In this document: piece by piece, positions 6,566-10,866 of the stretch | Position numbering within the stretch: position 1 is the first letter of the stretch | Layout: each line of letters starts with the position of its first letter | IMG/VR virus record: IMGVR_UViG_2579778899_000010 | Coordinates: 1 to 10,866 of that record | Source: a virus | Taxonomy: Duplodnaviria; Heunggongvirae; Uroviricota; Caudoviricetes | Reading direction: 5' to 3' (one strand) | DNA: 10,866 nucleotides | Notes under the pieces: model-generated | What the model was told of the DNA's origin: nothing | What the model saw: the letters and a program-made list of their open reading frames with translations, nothing else | Databases searched by the model: none | Position numbers and translations under genes: made by a program

Positions 6566-6650
6566 AGCACAAAAACGAAAAAGCTTGGCAAAATTACGGT
6601 TTTTAGTTATTGTTTTGTTAAGTTGGGTTTTTTGTACCCAACATCCAACA

Positions 6651-6676
6651 AGCCGCCTTTATGGCGGTTTTTTTGT
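6651..6676 (+). terminator. Rho-independent terminator (hairpin AGCCGCC / GGCGGTT with 5-nt loop, then a T7 run)
   Basis: Sequence AGCCGCCTTTATGGCGGTTTTTTTGT: GC-rich stem plus a run of seven T, located between the small-gene pair and the methyltransferase. Confidence 0.6.
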
Positions 6677-6764
6677 GCCTGAAAAGTGGGCGCAGGACAA
6701 GTTGCAGCTTGTCCTGCGGTCAACCCATGCCAGAGCTATAGGCTGAACCTAAAGCCCACCCGCG

Positions 6765-7886
6765 ATGCGCATCGCCGGGTTAGCTTACCCAGGCAAAAAA
6801 ATAATAGCTATGTTCAAAACCACTAATATTCATGGCGCGCAACTCGTTTGCGCAGATTCTCTGCAATTTATCAAAACCATCCCTGATAACTCGGTCAATT
6901 TGATTGCAACAGACCCACCATACTTCGGCGTAAAGGCTAACGCATGGGATAACCAGTGGGATAGCGATGCTGACTTTTTGGGGTGGATTGATGAATTTTT
7001 GGCAGAATTTTGGCGGATATTGGCCCCTAATGGCAGCCTGTATATGTTTACCGGCTCTCGCCTTGCGTCAAAAATTGAATTATTAACTCGCGACCGTTTC
7101 AATGTTCTGAACCATATCATTTGGGCTAAACCCAGTGGTATGTGGCGCGGTTGTCATAAAGAAAGTTTAAGGGCTTATTTTCCTGCCACTGAAAGAATAT
7201 TATTTGCAGAGCATTACGGCGCGTCAGGTTATGCTAAAGGTCAGTCAGGTTATGCTTCAAAATGTGCAGATTTAAGAAAAAATATTTTTTCTCCACTAAT
7301 TGATGCTTTTTCGCTGGCTCGCCGTCAGTTAGATATATCAGCCGCAGACATTAATTCAGCAACAGGAAAGCAGATGTGTTCGCACTGGTTTTCTTATTCG
7401 CAGTGGCGGCTTCCATCATTAAGTGATTTTAATAAACTATGCGAATTATTTCGCAGGAAGGCAGATTCACTCGGTGTCCCGTGTCCATATCCTTTTAATG
7501 TTGATTATTCAGAACATGAAAAGCGTTATAGCGATCTGAAATTGCGTTATGAGGAAGTAAAGAAGCAGTATGATGATTTGAAGGCTCAGTATGAAAATTT
7601 GCGCCGCCCATTTCATGTTACTGCTGATGTACCTTATACCGATGTATGGGAGTTTCCTCCTGTGCAATATTATCCTGGCAAGCACCCATGTGAAAAACCT
7701 GCAGCGATGATGGAACATATTATAAAAAGTAGTTCCCGCCCCGGAGATATCGTTGCCGATTTCTTTATGGGATCAGGCTCTACTATTAAAGCCGCGCTGA
7801 AGTTAGGTCGTCAGGCAATCGGTATTGAGATTGAGGGTGAACGTTATCTTCAGACAGTTGATGAAGTGAAAAAGTTATTTGAGTAA
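6765..7886 (+). CDS. Orphan DNA methyltransferase, beta-class N6-adenine/N4-cytosine type (373 aa as drawn; alternative start ATG 6810)
   Basis: Motif IV DPPY in LIATDPPYFG near the N-terminus and motif I FFMGSGST near the C-terminus; this order is the beta-class permutation. A heptad-like insert YSEHEKRYSDLKLRYEEVKKQYDDLKAQYENL lies between them. Neither candidate start has an SD. No restriction endonuclease gene is adjacent. Confidence 0.85.
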   Translation: MRIAGLAYPGKKIIAMFKTTNIHGAQLVCADSLQFIKTIPDNSVNLIATDPPYFGVKANAWDNQWDSDADFLGWIDEFLAEFWRILAPNGSLYMFTGSRLASKIELLTRDRFNVLNHIIWAKPSGMWRGCHKESLRAYFPATERILFAEHYGASGYAKGQSGYASKCADLRKNIFSPLIDAFSLARRQLDISAADINSATGKQMCSHWFSYSQWRLPSLSDFNKLCELFRRKADSLGVPCPYPFNVDYSEHEKRYSDLKLRYEEVKKQYDDLKAQYENLRRPFHVTADVPYTDVWEFPPVQYYPGKHPCEKPAAMMEHIIKSSSRPGDIVADFFMGSGSTIKAALKLGRQAIGIEIEGERYLQTVDEVKKLFE

Positions 7887-7981
7887 CTGAAGAATATATT
7901 CCCCTGCCGTTTTTGATGGGGTTATTTCTCGCCGTATAGTTTCCAAGCCGAAACCTCAGCAACTATTGCGAGGTAAGAGAT

Positions 7982-8254
7982 ATGAAGATGGATGAACGAT
8001 ACAGCAGCGCATCTTATGGTAGTGCTGGTCTTACTGCGTTCTTTGCCAGCCTGTCATTGCAGGATTGGGGCTTCATTATCGGTGTCGCGTTCAGCATTAT
8101 CCTCGGTGTACTTACATACCGGCTCAATAAACGCGAGCAGATGAAGCGCACGAAGATATTGCAGGACATATTGGATAAAACTGATGCCAATAATATTTCC
8201 GCCACGGCGATGGTTATTGGTGAATTGGGAAAGAGAGCACCGAAGGAAATATGA
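7982..8254 (+). CDS. Holin, pinholin-like with two TMDs (90 aa), possible dual-start motif MKM
   Basis: ATG at 7982 and again at 7988. Two hydrophobic segments, [13 protein letters not shown] and [18 protein letters not shown], then a charged tail. Sits immediately upstream of, and overlapping, a SAR endolysin gene. Confidence 0.65.
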   Translation: MKMDERYSSASYGSAGLTAFFASLSLQDWGFIIGVAFSIILGVLTYRLNKREQMKRTKILQDILDKTDANNISATAMVIGELGKRAPKEI

Positions 8255-8817
8255 TGCAGTCATCATTACGCAAAGCTGTCGCAACTGCTATTGGTGGCGG
8301 GGCTATTGCCATAGCATCTGTGCTCATCTCTGGTCCGAGCGGCAACGATGGTCTGGAAGGTGTGAGACATAACCCCTACAAAGACATCGTTGGTGTATGG
8401 ACTGTATGTTACGGGCATACAGGAAAAGACATTATGCTCGGTAAAACGTATACCGAAGCAGAATGCAAAGCTCTCCTGAATAAAGACCTTGCTACTGTCG
8501 CCAGACAAATTAACCCGTACATCAAAGTCGATATACCGGAAACAACGCGTGGTGCTCTTTACTCGTTCGTTTACAACGTGGGTGCAGGCAATTTCAGAAC
8601 ATCGACACTTCTTCGCAAAATCAACCAGGGCGATATCAAAGGTGCATGTGATCAACTACGTCGCTGGACATATGCTGGCGGCAAGCAATGGAAAGGGCTG
8701 ATGACTCGCCGTGAGATTGAGCGTGAAGTCTGTTTGTGGGGCAGCAATGAGCAGAGTAACCGCAATTATCTCCGCACTGGTTATCTGCATCATCGTCTGC
8801 CTGTCGTGGGCTGTTAA
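8251..8817 (+). CDS. SAR-type endolysin (T4-lysozyme-like muramidase, GH24), with an apparently extended C-terminus (188 aa)
   Basis: N-terminal signal-anchor-release segment [26 protein letters not shown]. Catalytic region [25 protein letters not shown] carries the Glu/Asp/Thr arrangement. SD GAAGGAAAT precedes ATG 8251. The last 24 aa are the Rz leader read in another frame. Confidence 0.85.
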   Translation: MMQSSLRKAVATAIGGGAIAIASVLISGPSGNDGLEGVRHNPYKDIVGVWTVCYGHTGKDIMLGKTYTEAECKALLNKDLATVARQINPYIKVDIPETTRGALYSFVYNVGAGNFRTSTLLRKINQGDIKGACDQLRRWTYAGGKQWKGLMTRREIEREVCLWGSNEQSNRNYLRTGYLHHRLPVVGC

Positions 8818-9208
8818 TCATTACCGTGATAACGCCATCGCCTACAAGGAGCAGCGCGACAAAAACGCCAGAGAGCTGAAGCTGGCGAACGCCACTATCA
8901 AAGACTTGCAGATCCGCCAGCGTGATGCAGCGGCGCTGGATGCCAAATACACGAAGGACTTAGCTGATGCCAAAAAGCAGCTTGATGATTTGCAGCGTTG
9001 TGTTCGCACTGGCAAGTGTGGGCTGCACCTCAACGCCAGATGTTCCGCGAACGGAGCGACCAGCACCGGCGGCCTGGGCGATGTTACCGGCCCCCGACTT
9101 ACTGACTCCGCTGAACGGGATTATTTCACCCTCAGAGAGCGAATCGTCACAGTGACGAAACAGGTTGGATATTTGCAGGAGTACATCAGGACGCAATGCC
9201 TGAATTAA
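8747..9208 (+). CDS. Rz: Rz i-spanin (153 aa)
   Basis: [49 protein letters not shown]... closely matches phage lambda Rz as I recall it: N-terminal TMD then a coiled-coil periplasmic domain, C-terminus ...YIRTQCLN. Confidence 0.85.
   Translation: MSRVTAIISALVICIIVCLSWAVNHYRDNAIAYKEQRDKNARELKLANATIKDLQIRQRDAAALDAKYTKDLADAKKQLDDLQRCVRTGKCGLHLNARCSANGATSTGGLGDVTGPRLTDSAERDYFTLRERIVTVTKQVGYLQEYIRTQCLN
8967..9155 (+). CDS. Rz1: Rz1 o-spanin lipoprotein, nested within Rz in the +1 frame (62 aa)
   Basis: SD AAGGA 8 nt before ATG 8967. Signal peptide with lipobox-like ...ALASVGC, then a proline-rich mature part ending ...[11 protein letters not shown], as in lambda Rz1. Confidence 0.75.
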   Translation: MPKSSLMICSVVFALASVGCTSTPDVPRTERPAPAAWAMLPAPDLLTPLNGIISPSESESSQ

Positions 9209-9249
9209 TCCATCTGCATCAAAAACGAACTCAATTTGTTGGATAGTGA

Positions 9250-9561
9250 ATGAAAATTTATATTTCCGGGCCAATGACGGGATATGAGAACTCTAATCGT
9301 GACGCCTTTAATAAAGAGGCAGATCGTTTGTCACGACATGGTCACTCTGTCTTGAATCCAGCCACTTTGCCTAATGGTCTGACACAACGTGAATACATGG
9401 ATATTTGCTTTGCAATGCTTCGTTGTGCTGATGCTATTTTGATGCTTCCTGGCTGGAAAGCGTCTGCTGGAGCAACTGCTGAGTATCATTACGCATACAA
9501 GATGGAGATGCCGGTATTCACTACGCTGAATTACCCGCCAGCTTGTTCCTCTGTAGCATAA
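9250..9561 (+). CDS. Small protein with nucleoside 2-deoxyribosyltransferase-like N-terminus (DUF4406-like), 103 aa
   Basis: MKIYISGPMTGYENSNRDAFNKEADRL... resembles the N-terminal signature of NDT-like/DUF4406 proteins. The family assignment is from memory and unverified. First gene after Rz. Confidence 0.55.
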   Translation: MKIYISGPMTGYENSNRDAFNKEADRLSRHGHSVLNPATLPNGLTQREYMDICFAMLRCADAILMLPGWKASAGATAEYHYAYKMEMPVFTTLNYPPACSSVA

Positions 9562-9580
9562 AAATCTCTTTGTTTCTCGT

Positions 9581-9598
9581 GTGCGACCGTGGTCGCAC
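9581..9598. repeat. Palindrome copy 3: GTGCGACC-GT-GGTCGCAC
   Basis: Read directly. 19 nt after the stop of the 9250..9561 gene, preceded by the boxA-like string TCTCTTTG (9564-9571). Confidence 0.9.
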
Positions 9599-9800
9599 AT
9601 TAAATACCGCGCTGCATCGTCGCCGTATTTCCGCATTAACCATGACCGTAGCCCGACGGGGAACTCCTCTGCGCGAGTGTGCGGAAATAATCAAAAACGA
9701 TGCACACCGGGTTTTTACCGCGCTAATGATTCGCGGGTTTGTCCCTCATGCTCGCCAGTCCTGTGCGAGGGTGGAAGAAACAGGGCATGTATTCAGGAGC

Positions 9801-9818
9801 GTGCGACCGTGGTCGCAC
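9801..9818. repeat. Palindrome copy 4: GTGCGACC-GT-GGTCGCAC
   Basis: Read directly. Exactly 220 bp from copy 3 (start to start), 23 nt upstream of ATG 9842. Confidence 0.9.
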
Positions 9819-9841
9819 GGTATCTTTGTCAGGAGGTTTTG

Positions 9842-10702
9842 ATGAAAGAGTTGCAAAAAATTAATTCAATAATGGAAAGATTAAGTGCTCTTGAGCGTAA
9901 GCTGGACGATTGTGGAAAGCTGTGTGTTGAAAAGCAAAATGAGCTTTACCGGGAATTTTTTACAATCGTAAGTGAGCTGATGCCAATTGTTAATAACTGC
10001 CTGATGACATCCAGATTTTTTAATGTCGATGCTACTACATCCAGAAAATTTTCTGTGAAAATTCAAGAAAGAGTTTCTGGTAGTGTGACAAGAGAGATGG
10101 CTGAACAGTTGGTGGCAATGAGCAATAAAACAAAAAGAAAAAAGGCATTGCTTGTAACAGCAAATCAGCTTTCAGGGCGCGTTGACTTTCAGGTCAGACA
10201 GGGTGGGCGTGTACTGGTAAATGATGCGTTCGTTGGACGTAGCTTTAGTCCTTACTCGATAAAATATGATGTTGATGCAGATGATCAGGATATCAGCATT
10301 TCCTGGAAATCTGAGACAGCAGGAATTGTATTAACAGCAGAGTTGTTGAGTGATGATAAAAATGATGTCCAGCATCATTTGGACGAAAAGAATCATATTT
10401 CTGAAATTTGTATGAAGCCACGCAGCGGAATGACTTTATTGTCACGCACTCTTGCTGCTGGCTTTTCTGCACCGGAAAAACGTGTGCTTCTGGTAGTGCC
10501 TGAAGATGCAGATATTCGACCACTGAATGGCTGTGATGTTATTAGTGCAAAAACATTGCATACCCGCGTCATTCCTGTACCGGATGTGGTCATTATTGAT
10601 GATGTTGAGAAATGCAAGTCTGTTTCCTCAACTGCCACAATCAAGCGAATTTTACGTTGTAGCACGTCGGCTGTTGTATTCCGGAAGCAGTTACATAACT
10701 AA
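9842..10702 (+). CDS. Hypothetical protein, 286 aa, AT-rich moron gene of unknown function
   Basis: Strong SD AGGAGG (9831-9836) before ATG 9842. Long clean ORF with no hydrophobic helices noticed and no recognisable motifs. The track's 9581 start is a GTG inside palindrome copy 3. Confidence 0.7.
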   Translation: MKELQKINSIMERLSALERKLDDCGKLCVEKQNELYREFFTIVSELMPIVNNCLMTSRFFNVDATTSRKFSVKIQERVSGSVTREMAEQLVAMSNKTKRKKALLVTANQLSGRVDFQVRQGGRVLVNDAFVGRSFSPYSIKYDVDADDQDISISWKSETAGIVLTAELLSDDKNDVQHHLDEKNHISEICMKPRSGMTLLSRTLAAGFSAPEKRVLLVVPEDADIRPLNGCDVISAKTLHTRVIPVPDVVIIDDVEKCKSVSSTATIKRILRCSTSAVVFRKQLHN

Positions 10703-10825
10703 CCAGTTTTGTTTTGCAGAACATCCTCAACTAAAAGCTTATAGAAAGAGAGCCTGAGATATTTTTTCTGTCTCTCGTAGTTGTTTATTTTTCTCGAACA
10801 GGCTTACAACTTACAGGATATAAAC

Positions 10826-10866
10826 ATGCAAGAAGAAGCAAATAAAATTCTTGTTGATTTATTGAA
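10826..10866 (+). CDS. 5' end of an unknown gene (MQEEANKILVDLL...), truncated by the window end
   Basis: ATG at 10826 preceded by ACAGGATA. Only 13 codons are visible. Confidence 0.3.
   Translation, partial: MQEEANKILVDLL

Noticed and set aside
6585-6613. Annotating TTGGCA-17-TATTGT as a definite late promoter (pR' equivalent)
   Set aside because: The -10 match is only 4/6 and there is no supporting Q gene or experimental evidence. Mentioned as a hypothesis in the findings, not listed as a feature.
6762-6775. Palindrome GCGATGCGCATCGC as the methyltransferase recognition site
   Set aside because: It is a single occurrence overlapping a candidate start codon; methyltransferase targets are usually 4-8 bp and cannot be inferred from one palindrome. 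More likely a regulatory element or coincidence.
9543-9842. 99-aa plus-strand ORF and 101-aa minus-strand ORF (9331..9636) across the palindrome-bracketed segment
   Set aside because: No ribosome-binding site, TTG or weak starts, arginine-rich low-complexity translation from a GC-rich segment, and overlap with the better-supported 9250..9561 gene. Treated as non-coding regulatory DNA.
471-10665. Numerous antisense or alternative-frame ORFs of 60-130 aa nested inside the called genes (for example 471..659 -, 2133..2399 -, 2777..3001 -, 4309..4566 -, 4636..4959 -, 5398..5643 +, 5653..5910 +, 6830..7120 -, 7509..7718 -, 8266..8655 -, 8960..9274 -, 10393..10665 -)
   Set aside because: Each lies entirely within a longer, better-supported ORF on the other strand or frame, lacks an SD, and gives a low-complexity translation. 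Typical shadow ORFs.
1-10866. CRISPR arrays, tRNA or rRNA genes, integrase or attachment sites, insertion sequences
   Set aside because: No regularly spaced direct repeats with unique spacers, no cloverleaf-capable tRNA-like segment in the intergenic regions examined, and no recombinase or transposase-like ORF. The window appears internal to the prophage.

Overview
The window reads as a segment of a lambdoid-type temperate prophage from an enterobacterium. Left to right: (1) an immunity region with a truncated, leftward cI-like HTH repressor and a rightward cro-like gene, divergent across two operator repeats (1-210); (2) a tightly packed rightward early operon of small genes (418-4987) including a DEDDh 3'-5' exonuclease and a DUF551-type protein; (3) an accessory island (about 4990-6760) with a LexA-box promoter driving a 67-aa gene, a convergent RelE/HigB(Gp49)-like toxin plus HTH antitoxin pair on the minus strand, two small rightward genes and a structured non-coding region with an intrinsic terminator; (4) an orphan beta-class N6/N4 DNA methyltransferase; (5) a lysis cassette (two-TMD pinholin-like holin, SAR-type endolysin, nested Rz/Rz1 spanins); (6) downstream morons (a small DUF4406/NDT-like gene, an AT-rich 286-aa unknown gene, and the start of another gene). 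I saw no tRNA, rRNA, CRISPR array, integrase, transposase, Q antiterminator or lambda O/P-type replication genes. The most striking unexplained signal is an 18-bp palindrome GTGCGACC-(GT|AC)-GGTCGCAC present four times, always at gene boundaries, two copies exactly 220 bp apart. All functional calls rest on reading the translations and on recalled family features; no database search was possible.
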